From: Azolla caroliniana
Lineage: Eukaryota > Plantae > Polypodiophyta
Assembly: GCA_043228905.1 (NCBI GenBank)
Contig: JBHGNT010000003.1
Coordinates: 3,162,001 to 3,226,000, forward strand
Length of the DNA: 64,000 nucleotides
Reading direction: 5' to 3'
Of this stretch, positions 26,250 through 39,578 are shown in pieces; position 1 is the first letter of the stretch, and every line of letters starts with the position of its first letter. The notes beneath the pieces were generated by a model. It worked only from the letters and a program-made list of their open reading frames with translations, was not told the DNA's origin and ran no database searches. The position numbers were made by a program, and so were the translations under genes.

Positions 26250-26960
26250 AAATATACTTGTAAGGATCTATGTCTGCAGAACTTCATAGAAAGACATTGG
26301 ATATTGAATGTGGAAGAGCTCAAGAAAAAGCTCATCCCTAACCTCAATGAGCTTTGCGACATGTACTTCAGCATGCCCCAATACAACTCTAGATCCATCG
26401 CTCCAGCTTCTGATCATTATTGATACTGTCTTCATTTACGAATTCTTGATCATTTGTATGAGCAAACCTGCGGGTTATAGCAACTACTTATACATATTGT
26501 TCTATAATGTCCTTACAATGCGCCAAACGTGGAGGGACTTTGTGTTGATAGAAAACCAAATTCCCGTTTCCTTTCTAAAGACCACTGCAATAAAGGTTCC
26601 AAAGAAACCCAAATTCACATAGGGTTCTTTCAACAAAGATTCTTTCAGATTGTTTGTGGCTAAAATTGTCCTCCAATTTGATCCGTTCTTGGGGAGCCAA
26701 TTTAACAATGAGTATAATCAAACGAAATGAGAGGAAAAAGAAGAGAAATATTTTCTCAATTGTGTGCATCTACTTGATTTTTTCTATTTTTCATGCATAC
26801 AAACATTCAGCGAATCTAAGACACGATCTATTTCTAAAGAATACACAAGCAAATGTATTTACACATTCTTCCCTTTTCGGAGCATTTTTCAGGCGTTCAA
26901 AAGACCAAGGAGCTAGAAGAAAATCACAAGAAAAAATATGATCAGCTCCCAACAGCATCC
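26250..26960 (+). pseudogene. DUF247 pseudogene fragment, copy 3 (subfamily C)
   Basis: CKDLCLQNFIERH, LQLLIIIDTVFIYEF, RDFVLIENQIPVSFL, VHLLDFFY, QLPTAS. Confidence 0.8.
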
Positions 26961-27754
26961 TGTTTCTTAGAGTTCCTTACAATATGAATTTAAATTCCGG
27001 CCACATATTAATATCCTCAAATTAATATAATTATTACACAGTAATTCTTACATATTTACTTGTCAATTAATCAATAACTTTTTATGCAAACTTTGAGCTC
27101 CACGAGAAAATAGGTTGGGGAGTTGGGAAACAGGGGATGTTTATATGGCTATAAGGGGTAGGTTCATTGTATGGATGGCCTATCTGTTTTAATTGTAAGG
27201 TTGTTTGGTATGGGATATGTATAGCCCCATCTGTGCTATGAAGAGTAAGGTTGATTTCCTTGTTGATATTCTCAACCCTCTCTTAAAATTCTCCTTCTTC
27301 TTCGATGGACACTAACTTGATACTTTGGTGGCCAAGTACAGCTCTCACTGTGTTAATGCAATTAGGTTCCAGGACAGATAAGGCTGACGAATTAACAAGA
27401 TGTTTAAAGTGTAATCAGAAGCAGGGGAAGACGTTTATCCTCCAAGATTAAGAATCTCGCAAAACCAAGGAGATCCGTCGGTATGGATTATGGAGGCTTT
27501 CACATTAGATAATTGTAGATAGATGCAATTTATAATGAAAATTAAGGGAGTGATTAGAGCAATTAAGGCAAGAGAAGGAATGGAATACCTGTTTCAGCAC
27601 CATGCCATGCCATTGACGCCTGTTGCATGCACAAACACGTCTTGTACTTGTAACACTTAAATCTATCTCTCATACTTGTAACAAATTACTCAATAATTAT
27701 ACATGAATCACTAGAGAATTTATCTTAAACGCAATATTGGATCAGAACTTCGGA

Positions 27755-28538
27755 TCAAAAGTAGCATGGGCGACCATGTTTTCATAATGGCCAGCCAGCA
27801 ATAAGTGTAGTGACCAGAGTGACAATGAATAGCCATAATGCATCATGTAGTGTGTCAGCCGTTTGAGAGCCTTCACAAGCATCCTGTTTGCAATCATCCA
27901 TTTCAATCACATAAGTATGGGACCTCACTCTTTAAAAGTGTTTTCTACTCTTCAAGTTAGTGACTACTTGGTAAACAAAACACTACACAAGAAAGTTGAT
28001 AATGGCACTTAAAAGAGTACTAGACAATAGGTTATTAATGCCCATGGGGACTTAATGTAATCTATGGGACAGGGCCTAGTGCAATGGCAAGGATTGAACT
28101 TGGGTTCTCTCAATTTTATACAATTGATACGACCAGAGTAAACTACCAAGCCAATCAGCAGAATAAGACATACCTGCCAAGTAAAGAAAGCATCGGTGTA
28201 GCAAAGTGGGTGTCTGAGGAGCCAGAGAGGACTCCTGGAAATACTATGTTCCCAAAGATGAGGACCGCAGCCACCATTATTCCTGAAGGCTGCAGTCCTG
28301 TTCCCACATATATACATGCAATCATGAAGTTCAAAAGGAACCACCTTGAGGACAACCACTTCAGGCCTGTTCCCACATATATACATGCAATCATGAAGTT
28401 CAAAAGGAACCACCTTGAGGACAACCACTTCAGGTCTTTTATGCTCTTTTCAATACATATGAGGCATCGCATCACATACTATTTCTCCCCTTTCTTTTCT
28501 TTCTTCCTGTTGATGACAAGTTCTGATTCCTGAACCAT
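27755..28538 (-). pseudogene. Decayed gene for an unidentified multi-pass membrane protein
   Basis: ATG 28538: MVQESELVINRKKEKKGEK*YV...RWFLLNFMIACIYVGTGLQPSGIMVAAVLIFGNIVF; then in other frames QVCLILLIGLVVYSG...FNPCHCTRPCP...WALITYCLVLF and LSAIINFLV*CFVY...DALWLFIVTLVTTLIAGWPL*KHGRPCYF*. About five hydrophobic segments. Confidence 0.5.
28297..28434. repeat. Perfect 69-bp tandem duplication
   Basis: 28297-28365 equals 28366-28434. Confidence 0.95.
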
Positions 28539-31381
28539 GGCAATATATATATATGTATGAAGGGATGAAGAAAGAAAATAGGGGTAAGAAAGGAAAGCAA
28601 CGAAGTGTCGTTCGGTTACCTTTATTTTGAACTAAAATGTAGAGCTTTTACAGTCATAAGAGAAACAGAATAAGATAGATAGGCAGAGAGAGACAGAGCC
28701 TAAAAGTAAATGTTTTTTTGTTGCTCCAAAGAGACTCGGAGTGATGGAAGGCTATATTTGTAATTAACATAAAGTGAGAGAAAATATGAACAAATTTTAA
28801 ATTATCCAAAACCTCCTCCATACATAGCCTTCATCTTTCCTCTAAAACCCTAATCAAAGAGCAAATTCTAGCACTAAAACACGACTAATTATGAAACATG
28901 TATAATTCATCACCTTACATTACATTACCACATTGACATTGATCAATGATTATCGAGCGATAATTTGTGGTTTCTTGGGTGTTAAGCATGATTTTCCATT
29001 AAGTAATAATAGTGTGTTACATGTCAATATAAACGGCAATAGTCCAAATTTGAATCAGATTTACGGAAAACAAAGTAGTAAACTGGTAATATTTTTCAAA
29101 ATTTGAATGTTTTCTTCAATCAGTTGTAGTTTCCATTTCGGAATAATCGCTTAGTACTAATCAAAATATGATGCAAACTCCTTGTTAATAAAGTTCAGTC
29201 TAAATTGAGGAGTAGGTTCAATTCCCCATGAGCTTTCTCCATTGGTATTGTGATCAACTTTGTAAGTCATACGGCCTCAAAATCAAGGTATCCTAATACA
29301 AGACTCTTGCTTCTCCTTTATTTCGTAAAGTGTATTGAATTATTGCTTTACCTGTCTCCCTCTTCAGAGCACTTGACCTAAGCATATACGTTATGATTGT
29401 TTCCTCGATCTTATCAACAGACAATAGAAAGTATTCACACTTTTGCACGTTGTCCAAAGTCTTAGGAATCCAAACTAGTAAAATATATGTGTATATGTGT
29501 GTGCATTCTCAAATATTAAAACGATGATTGCTTTAGAAGCCGATTTTATCGAATAATGAAGCCATGTTGATTCAATAGAATATGACCTCACATATGTTGG
29601 TTGATTCTTGTGTTCTTTTTTTTAAACCAGAGCAAAGGTTTGAGCACATACACATAGTTAAGCCTTCATATGGCTAACAAAATATATCTGTCATTTCTCT
29701 TGTAAACTAATACATGCAAATGCTCATACAATATGTACTTTTCACATTTTAGACGTTATTATGTTGGAATAACCAATGCCTTTTTGTGAGCTAGTTGGTC
29801 TCACTTTTGTTGTATGTAGTTAGATATTGGGGATGTTAGTTTTAGAGTTGATTAAAGTCAGAAAGCAGGTTATGGTCTAGAGTGTGAGGATCCTTAATTC
29901 TCCAGTAGGAAGAAAAAACTTTAATTTTGAGTATTGTCACCATGCTGCCAAGATAGTCACAAATACGAAATTAAATCATTCAATGGGCATGGTGATATAG
30001 TATAATAGTAATGAGATTTACTTGTTTATAAATTATAATTCCAACCAACATGCACTTGAATTTCTAGGCATGTGTTCTAAATGGTTCCCATGAGATACTA
30101 ATTAAATATGAATAAATACAAGAATGTTCCATCAAGATACTTATGTTTGTGTAGGATTGTGAAATGTTTGGAGTTTAGTGGCAAAAAAACAATGTTTGGG
30201 GTTGCACGGCATATGTAAAAATACAAGGGTAATTACTTGTATGTACGTATGGTTTATTAAAATAAACATCACATGGGAAATGTTCTAAACGAAACCATAT
30301 GCTATAATGAATTGTAGTTCTCTAACCTTAATGTTAGTTGGTGTGGGCTTAGTTCACAAGGAGGAATGGGTAAGGATTGAGTTATTCTTACTCCCACAAT
30401 TAAAGATAACTTTTGAGTCTTTCATCACTTGACCACTCACGTGGGAATACAGATAAGGGCCTCAGGTTATTACATCCCAATAAAAGAAGGCTAACTACCT
30501 TCATGAAAGGGACAATAGTTATTACATAGAAGATTTGATAATGTGGCAACATTCTAGCCACATATATGCATGTTCCTCCTTCAAACCCAAGACATGATCC
30601 ATTCAATGGTAATGGGGGATTCAGATCCATTTCTCACCTTCACTAGGGGGAGATTGGGTGGTCTAACACCCTTTCTTCCTTATTTTATCCTTTATGGTTG
30701 CTTAACATTAATTAAGATTCTTATAGGAAACCTAGCATTTGATGTCCACCTATATGTGCACTTTCGATTCTCTACCTTGAGAATGACATCAACCAAGTGT
30801 TACCAACTCTTTTTCTCCCCATTTTACTTAGGGAGAGGTTCATGACATGATTCACAACCTCATTTGCATAGTGTAGTTGTTTGATAAGAGGGTCCCGTAG
30901 TATTCCTCTTTTCCTTGTGTATCCTAATACATTGGTCAATGTGTGAGTTTTTTTGTGGCAATGGGCAAGTATAAAGGCACGTGGCTGAATCTAGTGAAGA
31001 TGGGCCAATTTGGATTGTATTCACAATGGACACATCTCATTCTTTCACCTACTACTATTACTTCTTCTGAACTAATGCTTTCTTCTTCATCTTCTTCTAA
31101 ACTTAAAGATATTATTTTGTATACTCAAGTTGTTAGTTGTTCACAAGTCTTCGATTCAACTTCCATCTCCCCAAATAATGGGGGTTTTGTGGCAAATAGA
31201 TTTTATGTTCATACAATTACTAATATTGTAATCTGAAATAATGCTTATGTGCACATGTCATAGATTTTTCTACTTGTGTTCATTCCTAGGTTAGTGATAT
31301 AGATTCCTTGTGATGCAATGTTCAATTTTCTATAATTTTGGTAAAGGGTGGATATAACCTCAAGGTTATTTATATATGAAT

Positions 31382-32079
31382 CATAGATTGACATATTCGC
31401 ATTCGTGGGATTTTCCATTCGAATGCAAACGAATACGCATACATTCGTGTGGTCAAGTATTCGTTTAAAAAAAAAGGAAAAAAAAGGAGGTGAACTCCCT
31501 CCTTTTAGTTTCTTAGGAAAAAAAGGGGGACTTGACAATAAAAAGGGGATAATAAAATAGAGAGTTGAGAGAGACGTGACAGAAATAAATTTTCATTGGA
31601 GATCTTGATTCTTTACCAAATAAATAAATATAATAAAATAAAATATCGCTTTATTTTTAATAAATAAATAAAATAAAATAAAGGTTCATTAATTCTTCAC
31701 CTTTTCTTTTCCCAAAATTTATGGATATTTTTACGTGACATTAAAGTTGAGACTTCACATTAATCATGTTTTCATAATAAATAAATAAATATTCGTTTTT
31801 TTAAAATAAAAAAATCAATTATTTAAATAAAATAAAGGTTCATAAACTCTCCTCTTTTTTTATTTGACACTAGAAAGGAGAGTTTATACTAATCATATTT
31901 TTATAAATTATTAATGAATAATTGTACATTTTTTTAGTGAATTAAATTTATTTATTTTTAAATTAATTAATTAATTAATTGTTTGTATTTTTTTTTTACA
32001 AAACGAATGGTTTTTAAATATTCTTAGGGCCATTTTGTATTCACGAATATTGAGAATATCACGCATGTGTCAATCTATG
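31382..32079. mobile_element. Non-autonomous TIR element (hAT-like MITE, 698 bp)
   Basis: TIRs CATAGATTGACA / TGTCAATCTATG; left flank ATATGAAT, right flank ATAT(TAT)GAAT, consistent with an 8-bp TSD; subterminal ATTCG/CGAAT repeats. Absent from paralogous sites at ~43410, ~52428 and ~63530. Confidence 0.85.
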
Positions 32080-34639
32080 ATATTATGAATAAAGATCTCC
32101 AACTATTTGTGGGGAGCATTAAGTGATAGGTGAGCTTTATTACTTTGAAGGTGAGTTTCTTTCCCTGAAGGCAACCTTGTGAACCGAAGTTGGGAATATC
32201 CCACTATGTGCCCCATCCATGAGACAACTATAGAATCATTTACGAAATTACGAAACAATGTGAATCACACTATAACTATGACATTGATAAGTACAAAAAG
32301 TTAAACATTGATGACACTTTCGCCCCTGTAGTATTTTCACTTACGAAATTATGTTTTTGTGGAAAAAGTTATTGAATACTCGATCTTTGAAATGGGTGTG
32401 TTATGCCTAATATGTAATTGATTGATATCACGTGGAAGATATATATTTGAAGATGTTAAAATATGGCCACGTCAATATATTAATATCCGAGTGAAGTTTA
32501 AGAGATATCGTGTTTATTGAAAGCTTCTAAACAATGTTGGTGAAAACTCTGAAGGCCATCAAAACTTAATTATGTGAAATTTGAAGAGAAAAGGCAAGTC
32601 TAATTGGGACATTGTACTGAACCCCAACCACATTGTCGAGTTGTGGAAGATCAAAGTGAACTTTTCTCTTAGTCATACTTGAGGGAGGTGCCAGTTCATG
32701 GGGGGTGAGGGGATGAGGTTATATGGACTTAGGTCTTCCATATTTGATATCCCATGTCTTGCATGAAATCCTTGTTGTTAATGTAGTTAGTTAGTAGAAT
32801 TTATGTGTGTTTTATTCTCCGATAATCATGATGGCTATGACTGTTTCCCAACTTTGTTTACGTATTTTAATGGACAATCGTAATGGCACTCGTAGCAGTG
32901 ATTAGTGAACTAATTAGTGTTTTTTGCATTGAGCAAGAACTAGTCGAACGCCAGCAAAGTTAAGTTTCAGTTTATTTTATTGTGTAAACTTATATTTCCT
33001 CTCAAACAATGACAGTGTATAAATGAATTGAGTCAATTCGTCCCCATTTTCCTTCAAATTACTCATGTTGATTTGCGACCAACTTCTAATTCAATTTATT
33101 TCAAATCAGGTTGTGAAAATGATGTGATCAATATTTGTGTTTTTCAAATGTGTCCTGATCAGTGATGTATTTACCATCATTAATCCAACAGAGATCGACA
33201 CAAAAACCTCTAACAACTTTGCTTCAAATAAAGGAAAACTTTGTCTCTAACTAAAATCAAGATCCAGCTTGTCTGTAATATAAATTAAAGAATGGCAAGG
33301 AGTATGAGTTGAGGAGGAACATCCTTCCATATGCACAACACCTTTACAATAAGGAGTGGACTCTGATAGGTATACTCAGCTCATGATTTTGGCATTCTTA
33401 TCTCCAGTTTGTGTGTGTGTGTGTATGTGTCTCATTAATGACACTTTGACATCTCTAGTATTTTCACTTACGAAATTATGTTTTTGTGGTGAAAGTTATT
33501 GAATACTCGACCTTCGAAATGCATGAGTTATGCCCAATATGTAATTGATTGATATATTTGAAGATATTAAAATATGACCACGTCAATATATTAATATCAG
33601 AGTGTTCTAAAGCCTACCCCCCCCCCCCCCCCCCCCCAGTTAAGATGTCTATTTCCCTAATTAAATGTTCCTATCAGTTGGGTTGAAAAACAAAAGACAC
33701 ATCAAAGGAGTAGTTCAGAGAAATTACTCAATGGAAGGCCAATTATTTGAGTAAAAATGGATGAAATGACCCCTGAATTCATACAATGTGAAGTTTAAGA
33801 GATATCGTGTTTATTGAAAGCTTGTAAACAAAGTTGGTGAAAAGTCTAAAGGTCATCAAACATAATTATGTCACATTAGAAGAGAAAACGCAAGTCCAAT
33901 TAAGACAAAGCAAAATTCGGTTTTGGATGCTCAATAATCCCCCATGAAAAGCAATAACTTGTGGAAAAAGTTTAAAGTTTGAGTAGGCCAGGCTGCTGTA
34001 AAAGCTATGAAGATGCCACCATGTCTTGTCATATGAATTCCTTCATAACAAGCACTCAATTACATCTGGCGATGACAGAAAAGTGTGTACCATCCAGGCA
34101 ATAGTTAGTGTATTTAAATATACAGTTTTTGGTTGTACCCCTCAATATCGATTATATAGCATATTACAAAATTGAGATGAATAGGCTAACGTTAGTATAT
34201 CACGCAATGGAATTTTGAGATCAATAGACCAGTCCTCCTGTCTTGTCGATTGCACTCTAACCAATCCTTGAAATCTATCATACATCCATCAGTTATTGAA
34301 GTTTGGTGGGGGGATATTCTAACAAACTTTCTAGTAATTTTTTGAAACGGGAGGTAGAAAGACAAACTAAATGGATTTGGCGAAAGTGATTCGTTATTGT
34401 GACAACTTACAAGTATGTATGTTCATGAGAGTAATAGAACTAATAATTGCATTAGGGTTGATTCGGACATTCTATAATCAATCAATTTGTTTGCCATCGT
34501 GTTCAACGTGTAGGTAATTTAATGAACGTGGGATCAGGAAGAAGATGATGATGACGATAGAGAAGAACAAATTGTGCTTCAGTACTTCACTGCGTCAATC
34601 TACTCAAATTTAACTCCCACAACATCTATGTCCATTAAT

Positions 34640-35435
34640 TTTTTACATGAATCGTTGAAACGATTCACCATAAATAAATAATCGTCCACAATATTTCATA
34701 GGGCAATCCGATACAAGACTACAATTTACAAATACATAAATAACGGGAGTTAGTTAAGGTAAAAAATCAAACCAATAAATATTTTATAGGAGAATCATGA
34801 AAACGATTCACCATAAATACATAATCTTCCACAATATTTCCTAGGGTAATCTGGTACAGGAATATAAAAACATAAATAATGGAAAATTTTTAAACTAATA
34901 AATCAAACTATTATTTAACTTATACATGAATCACTAAAGCGATCAACCATATGTACATAGTCTTCCACAATATTTGATAAGGCAATCTGTCCAAGACTAT
35001 AAATACATAAATAGTGGGCAGTAAACAAACCCGAAGATCAACCTAATAACTAGTTTATAGATAAATCATGCAAACGATTTACAATTAGTACGTAATCTTC
35101 CCCAATATTTCATAGCGCAATATGGTCCAGGACTAAAAATATATAAATAGTCGGGCATTAAATAAACCTGTGAATCAAAGTAATATTTAATTTATACATG
35201 AATCTTGAAAACGATTCACATAAGTATATAATCTTCTACGATATACCATAAGGCATTCTGGATCAGCACTACAAATACATAAATAGTCGGGCATTAAATA
35301 AACACATGAGTCATACTAATATTTAATTTAAGAATGAATCATGAAAACGATTCACCATAAGTACATAATCTTCCACAATATTTCAGAAGACAATCTGGTT
35401 TCGGACTACAAAGATATAAATACGGGGCAATAATC
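34640..35435. repeat. Tandem array, ~138-bp unit, ~6 copies, 3' of DUF247 copy 4
   Basis: Core ATGAATCATGAAAACGATTCACCATAAGTACATAATCTTCCACAATATTTC recurs near 34658, 34801, 34939, 35072, 35208 and 35345. Confidence 0.9.
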
Positions 35436-35505
35436 AAACGGTGAATTTAGGAAAAGCTTATTGAGTTGAAGGTTTGTTACGTCCTGTCCTAGTGTAAATC
35501 TTAGG

Positions 35506-36184
35506 TTAAGTTTTGCTGTTGAGATAACCTAAGACTGTAAAGACTGTCTGCAACATTGAAGCTATTAGCAGTAGAAACGCGGATACGAATGATACCGTAT
35601 ACCATGGCCGAGAAAAGAGCATTTCACGAAGCTCGACACCCCAGCGATGCCATCTGGAGGAATGGTCGGCCAGAATTTCACCTACCATATGTTCGGTTAC
35701 CCAGGAGCATGGCATCCTTGCCCATGCTGTCTATATCGAACGGAATGTTTAGGCTGAATCCGTCTTGCATTTCTAGGAGCTCTAGGAGGAAAACAGTGTC
35801 GATAGTGATCACAAGTTGTAGCCACGGTAAGTCGTCATATTCGTTGGAAATGTCAACATAGTGGCTCGTAAGTGTAGGTTCTTGATCAAGCTGGAACGCC
35901 TCTATGAGCTGTTGTATACCTTGTATGCCATGAGTTTTCATGAACTTTAGAATAGCCTTTGCTTTGTAGTTTCTAATGTACTCTAATTCCAGACTTTTAT
36001 AGTATGGGACTATTGTGAGCATTTTCGGTTTGTATGTCTCTGCCTTTTTCTTCTTGTAGGCTTTGGGGTACTTCGGAATTCTGGAAATTTCGGGAGTATC
36101 GTTATTTTCGTTGTTGTCGTTGATTAATTCAATGATTGACAGTCTCCATTTGGTTTGTTTTAAGCTAGGTCGACTGGAACCCAT
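35506..36184 (-). pseudogene. DUF247 pseudogene, copy 4 (subfamily D), internally deleted
   Basis: ETYKPKMLTIVPYY, LQLVITIDTVFLLE and DAMLLGN joined out of frame to ADHSSRWHRWGVELREMLFSRPWYTVSFVSAFLLLIAS. Confidence 0.88.
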
Positions 36185-39164
36185 CTGGCCGTTGATGTTT
36201 ATTGTTTAAATCGGTAGCGCAGTTTAAATTATCTACAGCTCCTTAATCGGTCAAAGTGTAGTGATGGTTAGGTTAACATCTGGGGCTGTCCCTCTTGTGA
36301 TGTTTTTTCGGTTGTTAATAATCTCGTTATCCGTATTTATAATATTTCTTCTTTCGCATGTTGCGTTAATCTTTTTACGTTATAGATTCGTTGCTTGTTG
36401 TCATGAAAACATTGTTGCTTATGTTCCTTTCGTAGCTTGGAGGTTAATTTATCCCAATGCGATGCCTTCTGTGTTTTTGAAGGCACAAAAACAGATAGGA
36501 TTGCTGTAAACTATAGTAATTTCCGTGTAGACAAGAATCATTTATCTTAGTGTGCGAATTAAGGGTATATATTTAATCGATTATTGATTTATATATTATT
36601 TTATCATGATCTTGTTTGTGTTGTTTTATGTTGTCTTATCTATGTTATAGGGTCAAGTAGGCCTTTTGCTGTTCCTAAGGAATTTAGGGTGACTCATATA
36701 CTTTCAGTTGGCCGCGGGCACTGCCATTTAGTGTAGTGCGGATATTCAGTTTGCTTGCAATATCGGCAACACGGTAACAAAAATTGTTTTAACTTCAGCT
36801 GAAAACATTCTCGATTCCAATGAATTATTTTGTGTGTATTTGTATCAGTCGTCTCGACTTGTTAGTGCATGCCTTTTTGTGGACTGGTTAAACCCTATAA
36901 CACTCACATTTCATGTGGTTCCCAAAAATATATGACTTAATAGCAGTCACGGCTAGCATAGATGAGGAAATGTAAGTAACCGAAATTTGTAAAATTATGT
37001 GTAGTGTGGCTGTATAGTTAATTATCATATTTTTATCAAAATATCCCCTTTTCAGTGATAGTATTATGGAGATATTTCTGTCTAGAATATTCTGTAATAA
37101 GGCAATCGACTTGCCTTCTTCGAGTTAAAATGAAGTACGTTTTGTATTTCTTTCATTTGACATTCAACTTTGCTTCTATCACATCACAATAGGAACTTAG
37201 ATTAGAACGCCCAATAATTAACGTGAAATGCATATCCTAAAATTCGTGGACGGGATCAGTTTAAAAGATTTGACATTCGACAACATTATCTACGGAAATA
37301 TAGTCACATGGTATAAGATTCAAAAATCGGATAATATTCACCTTTGCAATGAGACTCTGTGAATCACGTTTTTTGTGGATCGGATTCCGCCTGTGTGCTA
37401 AGGTGGCTTAAAAAAAGCTAAGGATGTACGTCCTTTAGAATCTCGCCAATCGTGGGATTTGAGAAGAAATGACATCCGTGTATAGAGTTAGAAATGACCC
37501 ATAATTGGGATATATCAAATGAGAATTTGGTTAATCTAATCAATCTCTCTCTCTTTCTCTGTATATATATATATATAAATATATATATGAGAACTTACAA
37601 TAATAAACTTACATCAGAGTATTATTGTCTTCTTTATATTATAGTTTGTAGTTCTTCCGAAGTCTCCAATATTTCAACTTTCATCTTTCCTAATTTATGA
37701 TGACTGTATGGGATTTAGATTTCGATTTCGTTACGAGTTCTCATTTCTAGATTGCATACTGACAAAAACATAATCACAAATCATGGTTATGTTGCATATA
37801 GTGTTTTTGTATGATTTTATATTCCAAGGATAGTGACATAGATTCCTTGTAGGCCAGTAATGTAGTGGTAGGTTACCCGACCTTTTGAATGGACAATCTT
37901 AATGGCAGTTGTAGCAGTTTAGTGAACGAATTAGTGTTTTCTGCGTTGAGCAAGAACTACTCAAACGTAAGCAAATTTAAGTTTCAGTTTATTTTAATGT
38001 GTAAGCCTATATTTCCTGTCGAACAATGACATTGTATAAAGGAATTCAGTGAATTCGTACCCATTTTCCTTCAAATTACTCGTGTTTATTTACGACGAAC
38101 TTCTAATTCAATCGAAATCCAATTATTTGAGTAAAAATGCATGAAATGATCCCTGTATTTAGACAATGTGAAGTATAAGAGATATTGTGTTTAATTAAAG
38201 TCTGTAAATAATGTTGGTGAAGAGTCTAATGGTCATGAAACATAAACATGTCACATTAGAATAGAAAACGCAAGTCCGATTAGGACATAGCGAAATTTGT
38301 TTTTGCATAAACTAAATCTCCCAGAAAAAGCAATTCTTTGTGGAAAAAGTTTAAGGTTTGAGTAGGCCAGGCTGCTGTAAAAGTTGTGAAGATTCCTCCA
38401 TGTCTTGTCATATGAATTCCATCATAACAAGCACTCAATTAAATCTGGCGATGACAGAAAAGTGTGTATCATCCAGGAAATAGTTAGTGTATTTAAATAT
38501 TCAGTTTTTGGTTGTACCCCTCAATATTAAGTATATAGCATATTACAAAATTGAGATGAATAGGCTGACGTTAGCATATCACGCAATGGAATTTTGGGTT
38601 CAATAGACCAATGTTCCTGTCCTATCGATTGCATTCTAACGTTAGCATATCACGCATTGGAATTTTGAGATCAATAGACCAGTCTTCTTGTCTTGTCGAT
38701 TGCATCCTAACGTTAGCATATTACGCAATGGAATTTTGAGATTAATAGACCAGTCCTACTGTCTTGTCGATTATATTCCGACCTTCGAAATGCATGAGTT
38801 ATGCTCAGTATGCAATCGATTGATATATTTGAAGATATTAAAATATGACAACGTCAATATATTAATATCAGAGTGTTCTAAAGCCTACCCCCCAGTTAAG
38901 ATGTCTATTTCCCTAATTAGTTGTTCCTATCAGTTGGGTTCAAAACCAAAATACACATCAAAGGAGTAATTCAGAGAAATTACTCAATGGAAGTCCAATT
39001 ATTTGAGTAAAAATGGATGAAATGTCCCCTGAAGTCATTCAATGTGAAGTTTAAGAGATATCGTGTTTATTGAAAGCCTGGAAACAATATTGTTGCAAAG
39101 CCTAAAGGTCATGAACCATAATTATGTGACATTAGAAGAGAAAACGCAAGTCCAATTAAGACTA

Positions 39165-39578
39165 TAAACATATAATCTTCCACAATATTTGATAAGGAAA
39201 TCTGTGCAGGACTATAAATACATAAATAGTGGGCAATAAACATACCCGTAGATTAACCTAATAACTAACTTATAGATGAATCATTGAAACGATTTACAAC
39301 AAGTAGATAATCTTCCCTAATATTTCATAACGCAATATATGGTTGAGGACTATAAATAGATAAATGGTCGGGCATTAAATAAACCTACAAATCAAACAAA
39401 TATTTAATTTATACATGAATCTTGAAAACGATTCACATAAGTATATAATCTTTTACGATATTCCATCAGGTAATCTGGATCAGCACTACAAATACATAAA
39501 TAGTCCGGCATTAAATAAACATATGAACCATACTAATATTTAATTTAAGAATCATAAAAACGATTCACCATAAGTACA
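39165..39578. repeat. Second array of the ~138-bp unit (~3 copies)
   Basis: The same core recurs at about 39286, 39426 and 39558. Confidence 0.85.

Larger units (their letters stand above)
27160..32310. repeat. Direct segmental duplication, partner ~56930-63750
   Basis: Collinear matches: 27160-27760 with 56930-58310; 28540-29870 with 60505-61820; 30838-31050 with 61819-62025; 31050-32310 with 63190-63747. Indels and the central cargo differ. Confidence 0.85.

Noticed and set aside
28084-28533. 149-aa plus-strand ORF
   Set aside because: Inflated by the 69-bp duplication and antisense to the better-supported minus-strand pseudogene, whose orientation agrees with the shared flanks.
29883-30398. 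TGTGAG...CCCACA segment as a solo LTR
   Set aside because: No target-site duplication (TAGAG versus ATTAA) and no PBS or PPT.
34640-35435. Regularly spaced repeats as a CRISPR-like array (also 15488-15665 and 23665-23930)
   Set aside because: Whole units are homologous with no unique spacers, there are no cas genes, and the context is plant DNA; these are degenerate tandem repeats.
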